A stretch of 43,086 nucleotides of DNA from an uncultured Chthoniobacter sp. (GCA_964427235.1 CAYRTN010000001.1:1-43086); one strand, 5' to 3'. Positions 17,467 to 24,862 are shown, numbered from the stretch's first letter. The notes: generated by a model not told the origin, from the sequence alone. Made by a program: numbers and translations.

Positions 17467-18355
17467 TGAAATAGCAAAACAAGCACCAATAAGCCCAGCA
17501 AAGGCTATGAAAACATTTTTAGAAACTAACGCAGTCGGAATTTTAAAAGGTCTATCGCAAGATGTAAACCCTGAGAAATTTATGGCGACGGTTTATAATT
17601 TGTTATTGGTTAATCCTAAAATTGCACAATGCGATAAAATGACAGTTTTAAACGCTGTTAATCGCTCGGCACAGCTTGGATTAAGTCCTGACCCTATGAT
17701 AGGGGAGGCGTATTTTATACCTCGTGACCGCAAAGAAAAACAAGGCAATCAATGGGTTTCGGTAGGCACAACTTGTGATTTTCAAATCGGTTACAAAGGT
17801 TTAATTAAAATTGCTTATGCAAGTAAATTTATTAAATTAATGCAATGCTACACGGTTTATGACAATGACCATTTAATTATGGAAGCAGGATTAAAGCCTG
17901 ATTATCGTGTTTCTCGTGGTACTAGCAGAGGGGAAATTGAGGGGTTTCTTTGTATGGTAAAACTTGAAAACGACGAATGGGATTTTGAATATATGTCTAT
18001 TGCTGATGTGAATCGTATTCGTGATAAATCAGATGCTTATAAGGCAAGTTCAAAATACAATAACGATTCCCCTTGGACTTCATCTTATGAAGAAATGGGT
18101 AAAAAAACAGTCGTGAAGCGGTTATTTAAGCGGTTACCGAAGTTAGATGATTATGATGTTACGGTCGAATATAGCAATGTAACACCACAAGAAGCACCAC
18201 AGCAAACACCAAAATTCAAACCTCTTGAAATTAAAAAACAAGAGCCACAACAAGAAATTATCGAACATACAGAATTAAACAATGATGATTTTATAAGTTT
18301 TGATGATGATACTGATACAGAAAACAACATTATCCAAGGAGATTTAAATGTCTAG
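17459..18355 (+). CDS. recT: RecT-family single-strand annealing protein
   Basis: SAQLGLSPDPMIGEAYFIPR...FQIGYKGLIKIA is the RecT signature. Confidence 0.85.
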   Translation: MSNEIAKQAPISPAKAMKTFLETNAVGILKGLSQDVNPEKFMATVYNLLLVNPKIAQCDKMTVLNAVNRSAQLGLSPDPMIGEAYFIPRDRKEKQGNQWVSVGTTCDFQIGYKGLIKIAYASKFIKLMQCYTVYDNDHLIMEAGLKPDYRVSRGTSRGEIEGFLCMVKLENDEWDFEYMSIADVNRIRDKSDAYKASSKYNNDSPWTSSYEEMGKKTVVKRLFKRLPKLDDYDVTVEYSNVTPQEAPQQTPKFKPLEIKKQEPQQEIIEHTELNNDDFISFDDDTDTENNIIQGDLNV

Positions 18356-18773
18356 TTTAAACAAAGTAACACTAATCGGCAGGGTCGGCAAAGACCCTGA
18401 AATTAACACAAGTAAAGCAGGTAAAAAACTTGCTTCATTCTCTCTTGCAACGTCCGAGTCTTGGAAAGACAAACAAGGGCAGAAACAAGAAAAAACCGAA
18501 TGGCATAATGTGGTTATTTACAATGAAAACCTTGCTAAAATCATTGAAAGCTATGTCCGCAAGGGCAGTCAAATCTATATCGAGGGGCAGTTGCAAACTC
18601 GTAAATGGCAGGATAAAGAGAGTAAAGACCGCTATACCACAGAGGTAGTTTTGCAGGATTTCAGAGGGCAGATTATTTTGTTAGATGGTAAATCTAGTAA
18701 TGTCCCAGTAGCACAATCAAGTAATACGAATGTGTATGGCATTGATGACGATTCAAGCGAAATCCCGTTCTGA
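18348..18773 (+). CDS. ssb: single-stranded DNA-binding protein
   Basis: LNKVTLIGRVGKDPE...TEWHNVVIY...GSQIYIEGQLQTRKWQDK OB-fold pattern and acidic tail DDDSSEIPF. Confidence 0.95.
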   Translation: MSSLNKVTLIGRVGKDPEINTSKAGKKLASFSLATSESWKDKQGQKQEKTEWHNVVIYNENLAKIIESYVRKGSQIYIEGQLQTRKWQDKESKDRYTTEVVLQDFRGQIILLDGKSSNVPVAQSSNTNVYGIDDDSSEIPF

Positions 18774-18812
18774 TATTAACCACCGCCACGGCGGTAAAAC
18801 AAGGAGAATAAA

Positions 18813-18965
18813 ATGACATTAGAACAGCATGAACAAATATTACAAGCACAATTCAATGATTTTGATTTTTACGGTCAATCTGTAAAGAAAATCATTATTA
18901 ATGATGACTGCAATATTGAAATGAAACATATACCATTAAAGGAGTTTAGAAATGACAAACAATAA
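18813..18965 (+). CDS. hypothetical small protein (50 aa, below track threshold)
   Basis: ATG 18813 after AAGGAGAA. Hand translation MTLEQHEQILQAQFNDFDFYGQSVKK... Overlaps the next gene by 14 nt. Confidence 0.5.
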   Translation: MTLEQHEQILQAQFNDFDFYGQSVKKIIINDDCNIEMKHIPLKEFRNDKQ

Positions 18966-19539
18966 ATTTTGGTTAGTGTGGAATGAAGCAGGTAACGCAC
19001 CTAAAAAACCACAAGATACACAAGAAAAAGCGATTACAGAGGCGAAACGATTATCTGCTATGTATCCACAGCACGCTTATATTGTGTTAAAGGCAACGCA
19101 TCATTTTAAAGCTGATGTAAATATTATCGAAACATCTTTTGAAGCAACACCCGAGGAATCCTTAGCATTTGAAGCAAGGTTTAAAGCTGGTGATAGGGTT
19201 AATCATTGGGATAGAGATGTTGGTATATTTGTGCAAATTTGTGAAAAATCCCATAAAAGATGCGTGGTAAATTTTCCTTGTGATGGCGAACAAATTGTAA
19301 ATATAGATGACTTAACACTTGTTGATAATAAAGTTGACAATAAAGGTGGTTTAAATATAACCGATTTTGACAAGCGATGCACGCCAAAGCATAAATTCAA
19401 AGTTGGCGATAGGGTTTTACTAGATAATTATTTCGAGTGCATTGTCGATGATTGTATTGACAATGAAACGTTTTGCAAGTTAAGTTTTATGGGTGGTGGT
19501 TATGCCATAGTAAATAAAATTAGAGTGACTAAGAAATAA
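18952..19539 (+). CDS. hypothetical protein with two tandem SH3/Tudor-like repeats (195 aa)
   Basis: Internal duplication: FKAGDRVNHWDRDVGIFVQ...VVNF versus FKVGDRVLLDNYFECIVDD...KLSF. Confidence 0.7.
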   Translation: MTNNKFWLVWNEAGNAPKKPQDTQEKAITEAKRLSAMYPQHAYIVLKATHHFKADVNIIETSFEATPEESLAFEARFKAGDRVNHWDRDVGIFVQICEKSHKRCVVNFPCDGEQIVNIDDLTLVDNKVDNKGGLNITDFDKRCTPKHKFKVGDRVLLDNYFECIVDDCIDNETFCKLSFMGGGYAIVNKIRVTKK

Positions 19540-19568
19540 AAAAAAGGGGCGATAAGCCACTTAGTTAT

Positions 19569-19796
19569 TTATCCTATTAAAATAGCATCAACTGGAGTAT
19601 CATCCTCTTCAGGTTCATCATGATTACCATAATACCATGATGTATTTTTATTAAGGGCTATTTTTATTGCTGATATTTGTGATAAATCAACATCTGAATA
19701 TCCACCTTCATATCCCCTTAAAATAAGTCTTATATCACCGTCAAATTCTTTCAGCTTCTCAATCAGTTCTCGCACTGTGGTTTTTGTTTCAGTCAT
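19569..19796 (-). CDS. hypothetical acidic small protein (75 aa)
   Basis: ATG in a TAATG junction with the upstream gene. TVRELIEKLKEFDGDIRLILRGYEGGYSDV... No assigned function. Confidence 0.7.
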   Translation of the reverse strand: MTETKTTVRELIEKLKEFDGDIRLILRGYEGGYSDVDLSQISAIKIALNKNTSWYYGNHDEPEEDDTPVDAILIG

Positions 19797-20305
19797 TATC
19801 TTACCTCTCTATTTTTGCTGGTTGCTTCTATTAATTCGTCCACAGTGTACATTGACACGACAGAACGGTTATTATCACTTGGAATAGCAGAACGCCCTAA
19901 CCGATAATAATAAGCCTCTACGTCTTTAAATTCTTGTGCTACTTCTGCGAACGCTTGGATAACATCGTAGCGTTGTGTAAACCAAAACATTTGCCAACCG
20001 TTTTTTTTGTAATTATTAATTACAAAATCGATTTCTTTTTTTAGTTCGCTATAATGCACTTCTTGCATAAAATTATTTCTTACCAATGCTTTGCCTCCAG
20101 AACATTTACGGACTAAAATTTCTTTTAACCCATAATAGCCGTTTTCAATTTTACCTGAAAATAAATTGAAATTTCCTAGATTTTCTATTGTTAGATTTTC
20201 TATTACTTTGTAAATGTTATTTTCTTTATAAGCCATATTGTCATGATATATTATATCGCTAGAGTAATTTACGTTCTCTATTTTTATGATGTGTTTTTGC
20301 ATCAT
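19796..20305 (-). CDS. hypothetical protein (169 aa)
   Basis: ATGA-coupled to the upstream XRE gene. No motif recognised. Confidence 0.7.
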   Translation of the reverse strand: MMQKHIIKIENVNYSSDIIYHDNMAYKENNIYKVIENLTIENLGNFNLFSGKIENGYYGLKEILVRKCSGGKALVRNNFMQEVHYSELKKEIDFVINNYKKNGWQMFWFTQRYDVIQAFAEVAQEFKDVEAYYYRLGRSAIPSDNNRSVVSMYTVDELIEATSKNREVR

Positions 20306-20532
20306 TCCCCCCTTAAATCTATAACGTGATTATTGACAGCCCTATCGCTTTTTTCTTTAACGATAAAATGATATAATCCATGCAACGTATTGTAATCGGG
20401 CGTTTGTATTTTACCTGCCAATAAGCGAGATATAACAGCAGCATCAACACCTGATTTTTCAGATATATAAGTTTGCTTATAACCCCTCAATCCTGTTTTA
20501 ATAAATTCAATTAATTGTTCTATTGTTAGCAA
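20302..20532 (-). CDS. XRE/cI-type HTH regulator (76 aa)
   Basis: TTG start 8 nt after GGAG. YISEKSGVDAAVISRLLAGK helix-turn-helix. Divergent from the 20640 operon. Confidence 0.7.
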   Translation of the reverse strand: MLTIEQLIEFIKTGLRGYKQTYISEKSGVDAAVISRLLAGKIQTPDYNTLHGLYHFIVKEKSDRAVNNHVIDLRGE

Positions 20533-20639
20533 TTTCTTAACTCCTTTATGTGATAATAATTACAGTAACACAAATTATTTTATTTTACAACAAATAAATG
20601 ATGTGTTATTGTGCTTCTGTAAACAACAAGGAGAATGAA

Positions 20640-20804
20640 ATGGATAAACCAAAAAAAGTAATTGATGCTGATGCGTTGATAAAAGAATTACAAAGCATAA
20701 AGGGTAATTTAAATTTTTGCAATGATGCTGGTCGTTATTGGCTGGATATTGCGATTGAGACAATCGACGAACTAGCAACCCCTAAAAAAGATGGTGATTT
20801 ATGA
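20640..20804 (+). CDS. small protein (54 aa), paralogue of the N-terminal domain of the 21497 gene
   Basis: ATG 20640 after AAGGAGA. KKVIDADALIKEL...IDELATPKK parallels KRMIDADAIENYI...INELATPAP. Confidence 0.65.
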   Translation: MDKPKKVIDADALIKELQSIKGNLNFCNDAGRYWLDIAIETIDELATPKKDGDL

Positions 20805-20917
20805 GAAAAAACCTACACCGCCAACAAATCCTATCATTAATTGATAGTGGTTATTTTTTGCCTACCCTATGTGTGGTTGGTATTATGTTTGCATTAATAT
20901 ATCAAATTGGAGCGTGA
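20801..20917 (+). CDS. membrane micro-protein (38 aa, below track threshold)
   Basis: ATGA coupling. MRKNLHRQQILSLIDSGYFLPTLCVVGIMFALIYQIGA has one TM segment. Confidence 0.45.
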   Translation: MRKNLHRQQILSLIDSGYFLPTLCVVGIMFALIYQIGA

Positions 20918-20918
20918 A

Positions 20919-21248
20919 ATGATTGTAAAAAACATAGAAATTGAAATGGACTTAACGATACTCGGAGAGTCAAAACCTTATTTTGTAAAGGCTGATGCTG
21001 ATATTGAATTTGAATTTGATGCTGATTGCGAGCCTTATATTTCGACACTTGAAGTAACCGAAGCAATCGTTATTGACCGTTATAATGATTCTTGGCAATT
21101 CAAAATAGTTCCTGATAAAGACAATTCTCTTTATAGTGATTTGTTAAAATTTATTGAGCAAGCTATTGAAGAAAAAAACGGTGAAGAATTTATTGACGAT
21201 TTTTTGCAAGAAGAAGAAAACCAATTTAAAGGAGGACAAAATGATTGA
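20919..21248 (+). CDS. strongly acidic small protein (109 aa), DNA-mimic candidate
   Basis: ATG 20919 (the track ORF begins at a TTG). 29 Asp/Glu and about 10 Lys/Arg counted by hand in 109 residues. Confidence 0.65.
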   Translation: MIVKNIEIEMDLTILGESKPYFVKADADIEFEFDADCEPYISTLEVTEAIVIDRYNDSWQFKIVPDKDNSLYSDLLKFIEQAIEEKNGEEFIDDFLQEEENQFKGGQND

Positions 21249-21504
21249 AGAATTTAAAAATCAATATAGTTGTGGTTTTAGCCCTGACAAATCTAGCGTT
21301 AATAACGAGATAGAAGATATTTTGCATAAAATTTCACAAATATTAGGCTTTGAAATTATGCACTACACGCAAAGCAAAGGAGAAATGGAGTGTAGAAAAG
21401 ATAATTGCTCATATAAAGACGTAGAGAGAGAAATAAATTTATTAATAAATTCATTAAAATTTAAGGAAAAATTATGCCAAAACAATGGAGGACAATATGA
21501 ATAA
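21241..21504 (+). CDS. hypothetical small protein (87 aa)
   Basis: ATG 21241 after AAAGGAGGA, overlapping the previous stop. Confidence 0.65.
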   Translation: MIEEFKNQYSCGFSPDKSSVNNEIEDILHKISQILGFEIMHYTQSKGEMECRKDNCSYKDVEREINLLINSLKFKEKLCQNNGGQYE

Positions 21505-21928
21505 AAGAATGATTGACGCTGATGCGATAGAAAATTATATATTAGATAATCACACACCTCATTATAGCAAAGACGAAAAAGGAAAATATATATTTGTTGG
21601 TAAAATTTTAATAAATTTATCTGATATTAGAGGAAAAATAAACGAACTTGCAACGCCTGCGCCTGAACCACAGGAAAGCATTTTTGATGCTGATGGGTGG
21701 TGTGATAATTTTAATTTAGCACCTGACAACACTGACATACTTTTTCACGTTGATACTAAAGTTAATCTGGGTAAAAAGATAAAAAATTATGATGGCGGAA
21801 TTAGGTACTTATTATATTCTTTGAATGGATTATCTGACGTAACTATGTATATGACAGAAAAAACAGGGCTTACTTTTAAATTTAAAAAATGGCGACCACT
21901 GCCAACCCTACCAAAGGATAAACCATGA
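21497..21928 (+). CDS. DUF551-like phage protein (143 aa)
   Basis: ATG 21497 after GGAGGA. The C-terminal pattern GWCDNFNLAPDNTDILF...KKWRPLPTLP resembles DUF551 (W..lP...W.PLP). Confidence 0.55.
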   Translation: MNKRMIDADAIENYILDNHTPHYSKDEKGKYIFVGKILINLSDIRGKINELATPAPEPQESIFDADGWCDNFNLAPDNTDILFHVDTKVNLGKKIKNYDGGIRYLLYSLNGLSDVTMYMTEKTGLTFKFKKWRPLPTLPKDKP

Positions 21929-22017
21929 CATTACTATTACTATTAACCGCCTTTGACGGATTGCTTTTGCAATTCGTTGTATTGCTAATTTTATCTATTG
22001 GGGGAATTGATGATTAG
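21925..22017 (+). CDS. hydrophobic micro-protein (30 aa)
   Basis: ATGA coupling. MTLLLLLTAFDGLLLQFVVLLILSIGGIDD. Confidence 0.35.
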   Translation: MTLLLLLTAFDGLLLQFVVLLILSIGGIDD

Positions 22018-22114
22018 TATCACAATAGGCTTGTTATTATTTTTATTAACAGCGTATTTATTTTTAAAAATAATGATACCGCTTGCAAATTGGTTTGATG
22101 ACAAGGAGGATTAA
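22010..22114 (+). CDS. membrane micro-protein (34 aa)
   Basis: MISITIGLLLFLLTAYLFLKIMIPLANWFDDKED. Overlaps the previous ORF by 8 nt. Confidence 0.35.
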   Translation: MISITIGLLLFLLTAYLFLKIMIPLANWFDDKED

Positions 22115-22255
22115 GTGACTATTGAAATAGACAAATACGATGATTTAACCACACATGAAGCCCTTGAATTATTAGAAATAAAAAAATCTCTTGATGATTT
22201 GACGGAATTTTTGAAAGGGTTTAAGCAAAGAACAAAAGGAGGATTAAATGATTAA
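22115..22255 (+). CDS. small acidic protein (46 aa, GTG start)
   Basis: GTG 4 nt after AAGGAGGA. VTIEIDKYDDLTTHEALELLEIKKSLDDLTEFLKGF... Confidence 0.35.
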   Translation: MTIEIDKYDDLTTHEALELLEIKKSLDDLTEFLKGFKQRTKGGLND

Positions 22256-22691
22256 TTGGATAGAAGCAACGCATGAAAATATTGAAAAGCATTTTATACT
22301 TTACATGGATAACAATGAAATAGAAAGTGATATTTACGAATACGAAGGACTATTTTTTTATGACAAAACACTGTCTGGTGGTTGTGTAAAAATGCAATTT
22401 GATTTTAATCGCTCTAGCGATAGTCCTTTTATAAAAAAATATGTATTTTTATCTCCGAATGCCGTGCTTACACACAATGAAAAAAGTGCTTATTTAAAAA
22501 TAAAGGGTGGGTTCAACCCAGAAAAAAATAGATTAACAAATCTTGAAATTGTGGATTATTATGATTGCGATGTTAAGATAATAGCTTTTGTAAAAAGAGA
22601 GGAATACGAGGATTATTTGCAAAAATTATCAAATAATTTTTGGGGGCAAGAAATAAAAGACATTCAATTTGTTGTTCCAAAAAAGGAATAG
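22248..22691 (+). CDS. hypothetical protein (147 aa)
   Basis: ATG after GGAGGA. Last gene of this plus-strand unit, followed by a strong hairpin. Confidence 0.7.
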   Translation: MINWIEATHENIEKHFILYMDNNEIESDIYEYEGLFFYDKTLSGGCVKMQFDFNRSSDSPFIKKYVFLSPNAVLTHNEKSAYLKIKGGFNPEKNRLTNLEIVDYYDCDVKIIAFVKREEYEDYLQKLSNNFWGQEIKDIQFVVPKKE

Positions 22692-22701
22692 GATTAAAGT
22701 C

Positions 22702-22728
22702 AACCCCTGTCAATAACTGACAGGGGTT
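22702..22728 (+). terminator. hairpin terminator (11-bp stem)
   Basis: AACCCCTGTCA-ataac-TGACAGGGGTT, 11 nt after the stop. Only a weak T tract follows. Confidence 0.65.
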
Positions 22729-22876
22729 AATTCTTGGAGCAATTCCAAACGACAAGCGGTGCACCGCAAGTGTAATGTCTTGACCCTAGTGGCACTAGAA
22801 CTAAGACGGCTGATAATGCCTAGGACACTATCGGAAACGCAATATACTCTTTAGGTATATGCAAATCATCATTAAA

Positions 22877-22897
22877 GCTTTTGAATGAATCAAAAGC
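22877..22897 (-). terminator. hairpin terminator for the minus-strand DUF262 cassette
   Basis: GCTTTTGA-atgaa-TCAAAAGC. On the minus strand it is followed by TTTAAT. Confidence 0.55.
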
Positions 22898-22953
22898 AGT
22901 AATAACGCTTCAGAACTTTATTATACCATATTTCCCGATTGGGTAAAATGGTT

Positions 22954-23109
22954 TCAAAATATTAATTTTGCTATTTGAAACGCAATAGCCATAACAGTTG
23001 ATACCCCACAAACGAAGCCTGCACCAATAAGCATTGAATAATAAAGCACGTCAAGAACGCTTACTTTTGTCACTACAAAGCAAAATCCTTTTTCTTTATC
23101 GTCAATCAT
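22954..23109 (-). CDS. membrane micro-protein (51 aa, below track threshold)
   Basis: TAATG coupling. MIDDKEKGFCFVVTKVSVLDVLYYSMLIGAGFVCGVSTVMAIAFQIAKLIF. Confidence 0.5.
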   Translation of the reverse strand: MIDDKEKGFCFVVTKVSVLDVLYYSMLIGAGFVCGVSTVMAIAFQIAKLIF

Positions 23110-23246
23110 TATCTATCCTCCAATGAATTCATTATTTTATCAATTATTTTATTTTCAAATAAAACAAAATAAACAGCATAAAAACACAAAAATAAGCCAC
23201 ATGCTATAAGAGATATTGTAAAAAAAACCCATAAATAAAATATCAT
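23109..23246 (-). CDS. membrane micro-protein (45 aa, below track threshold)
   Basis: ATGA coupling. MIFYLWVFFTISLIACGLFLCFYAVYFVLFENKIIDKIMNSLEDR. Confidence 0.5.
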   Translation of the reverse strand: MIFYLWVFFTISLIACGLFLCFYAVYFVLFENKIIDKIMNSLEDR

Positions 23247-23404
23247 TCTCTATCCTTTTCAATTTCATTCACTGGTTCACCGCAAAAATAACTAGTCCAA
23301 ATCCGTTTTCTGAATTCTGGGGTTAAATTATCAGGTAATTTACAACCACAATTACCCACGCAATCAGGCGATGTACAGTAGGTTTTGTCAAAATTTATTG
23401 TCAT
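23243..23404 (-). CDS. Cys-rich micro-protein (53 aa, below track threshold)
   Basis: ATGA coupling to the DUF262 gene stop. MTINFDKTYCTSPDCVGNCGCKLPDNLTPEFRKRIWTSYFCGEPVNEIEKDRE. Confidence 0.55.
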   Translation of the reverse strand: MTINFDKTYCTSPDCVGNCGCKLPDNLTPEFRKRIWTSYFCGEPVNEIEKDRE

Positions 23405-23889
23405 GCTCTCTCCCCCTCCTTATGTGCTGTACCACTAAAATTCATTAGATTATAATAGTTTTTAAGATATTCTATGTCGTCACTTTGTGTGACATATTGA
23501 GCGAATGAAGACACATTAAAACGACCGTGTAAATCCTTAACTTCTGAATATAATTTACCATATACAGAAAATTTATCGTTAATATATTCATTGATTGCAT
23601 TGATGCGTTGCTGCCCATCAATTAAAATATTATCTAATTCTTTATTTTTAGAATTTTCATTAATCGTAAATGTGCCAATAGGTATGCCGACCCACAAAGA
23701 CTCAATTAGTTTTATTTTTTGTTCTTGCGTCCACACTAAAGGGCGTTGAAAATAGGGTATTTTATAACCCAATATCGTATTTGGTAAATGTCCGTACTCT
23801 CTATTATTATGAAATAAAGATGACAACTGAACATTATAATGCTGTCCGAGATTAATTTTTGGTGGTATCATTCTTATTCTCCAATTCAT
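23401..23889 (-). CDS. short stand-alone DUF262 (ParB/Srx-like, GmrSD N-terminal type) protein (162 aa)
   Basis: YFQRPLVWTQEQKIKLIESLWVGIPIGTF and IDGQQRINAINEY (DGQQR motif). No DUF1524/HNH half is present. An alternative start is ATG 23871. Confidence 0.75.
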   Translation of the reverse strand: MNWRIRMIPPKINLGQHYNVQLSSLFHNNREYGHLPNTILGYKIPYFQRPLVWTQEQKIKLIESLWVGIPIGTFTINENSKNKELDNILIDGQQRINAINEYINDKFSVYGKLYSEVKDLHGRFNVSSFAQYVTQSDDIEYLKNYYNLMNFSGTAHKEGERA

Positions 23890-23968
23890 TTTTCAATGCG
23901 TACAACTCAATTTGTGTATGAATTAATTGTTGCCTTAGAAACGCTATATGCTGTTCTGCATTTTCCAT
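23852..23968 (-). CDS. possible coiled-coil micro-protein (38 aa)
   Basis: MENAEQHIAFLRQQLIHTQIELYALKNELENKNDTTKN. Overlaps the DUF262 start and has a weak RBS. Confidence 0.25.
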   Translation of the reverse strand: MENAEQHIAFLRQQLIHTQIELYALKNELENKNDTTKN

Positions 23969-24002
23969 AAACTTTGTTACCTTAGTAACGAATTTATCAA
24001 AT

Positions 24003-24203
24003 TCACTGCCTAGTGGTGTCATTTAACCCTCTCATTTCAATAATTGATATTTCATGTCCTAACGATGCCATAACTTCCTGCAACAATTCAAATCGTGGCG
24101 GTGGTACATAATTTAATTGAGACCAGCGTTTCACAGTTTCAATTTTAATGCCCATACGATTAGCAATAAAAGTAGGGTGTTTTAAATAATAATTCCATTT
24201 CAT
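24003..24203 (-). CDS. Cro/YdaS-like HTH protein (66 aa)
   Basis: ATG 24203 has AAAGGA at 6-nt spacing. The upstream ATG at 24218 has no RBS. IANRMGIKIETVKRWSQLNYVP helix-turn-helix. Confidence 0.7.
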   Translation of the reverse strand: MKWNYYLKHPTFIANRMGIKIETVKRWSQLNYVPPPRFELLQEVMASLGHEISIIEMRGLNDTTRQ

Positions 24204-24216
24204 ATAAAATCCTTTC

Positions 24217-24236
24217 ATAGCACGTTATAGCACGTT
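24217..24236. promoter_or_regulatory. tandem 10-bp direct repeat (ATAGCACGTT x2), operator candidate
   Basis: Two exact adjacent copies in the leader of the Cro-like gene. A 14-bp palindrome AAAAATATATTTTT lies about 20 nt further on. Confidence 0.5.
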
Positions 24237-24324
24237 TAAAATAAAAAGTATATAAAAAATATATTTTTATTGCATTTTAAACTGATTCATGGTATTGGTG
24301 GGTTAATAAAATTGGAGAGAGTGA

Positions 24325-24513
24325 ATGGAATTAAAAGAAAAACTGTTAAGCGAGTTGAGAATTAAAAAAGAAAAAGCTGTAAGCGATATTAATGAAATTT
24401 ATAAAAATAAAAAAGAGCTTCATAGAAGCGTTTTGTCTAAAATGGATTTAGCTGATTGCCAAGGTCAAGTAAGGGTCATAGATGAAATTATTTCTTTTTT
24501 GGAGGCGTTATGA
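24325..24513 (+). CDS. small coiled-coil protein (62 aa), paralogue pair member 1
   Basis: ATG after GGAGAGAG. Same length class and C-terminal pattern (...IDEIISFLEAL) as the next gene (...LKDIIFYVEGL). Confidence 0.65.
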   Translation: MELKEKLLSELRIKKEKAVSDINEIYKNKKELHRSVLSKMDLADCQGQVRVIDEIISFLEAL

Positions 24514-24692
24514 AAGAAACAATCCTAAAGGAACTCAATAGCCGTAAACTTGGTATTGAGCGTGAAATCCAGTGGCATAAACAATCATGTGAGTGTGAAT
24601 ATACCCCAACAAAATATCTAATTGATTTGTCAAATATGAGTGGCAAGCTACAGGAACTAAAAGACATAATTTTCTACGTGGAGGGGTTATGA
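24510..24692 (+). CDS. small coiled-coil protein (60 aa), paralogue pair member 2
   Basis: ATGA coupling with GGAGG upstream. Confidence 0.65.
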   Translation: MKETILKELNSRKLGIEREIQWHKQSCECEYTPTKYLIDLSNMSGKLQELKDIIFYVEGL

Positions 24693-24862
24693 AAAAAATA
24701 TTAGACTGTATTTTCCTTTTTATTCTTGCAATGGCATTAATTGGCGGATTTAATTTTACTATATTGGCATCAGGGTTACCAATTAGTTTATTGTCATCAA
24801 AGATTGTGTCTTGCATCATTGTTGGTTGGACTGTTTATTATACTATACGGAGGACTAAATGA
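24689..24862 (+). CDS. membrane micro-protein (57 aa, below track threshold)
   Basis: ATGA coupling with GAGGGG upstream. MKKILDCIFLFILAMALIGGFNFTILASGLPISLLSSKIVSCIIVGWTVYYTIRRTK has 2 TM segments. Confidence 0.55.
   Translation: MKKILDCIFLFILAMALIGGFNFTILASGLPISLLSSKIVSCIIVGWTVYYTIRRTK

Noticed and set aside
20575-20778. 67-aa minus-strand ORF across the 20532/20640 divergent region
   Set aside because: It is antisense to the RBS-supported plus-strand gene, spans the regulatory region, and has a Cys/His/Leu-rich implausible sequence. The antisense track ORFs in the plus-strand accessory units are rejected on the same grounds: 11311..11526, 19199..19400, 21363..21557, 22573..22764, 24535..24819, 25560..25751, 26051..26245, 26634..26858, 28753..28956 and 31165..31416.
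22729-22950. tRNA or tmRNA in the ORF-free spacer
   Set aside because: No acceptor-stem pairing at about 72-nt spacing, no T-loop GTTCRANYC, and the only 7-nt loop (tgataat) lacks U33 in the right place.
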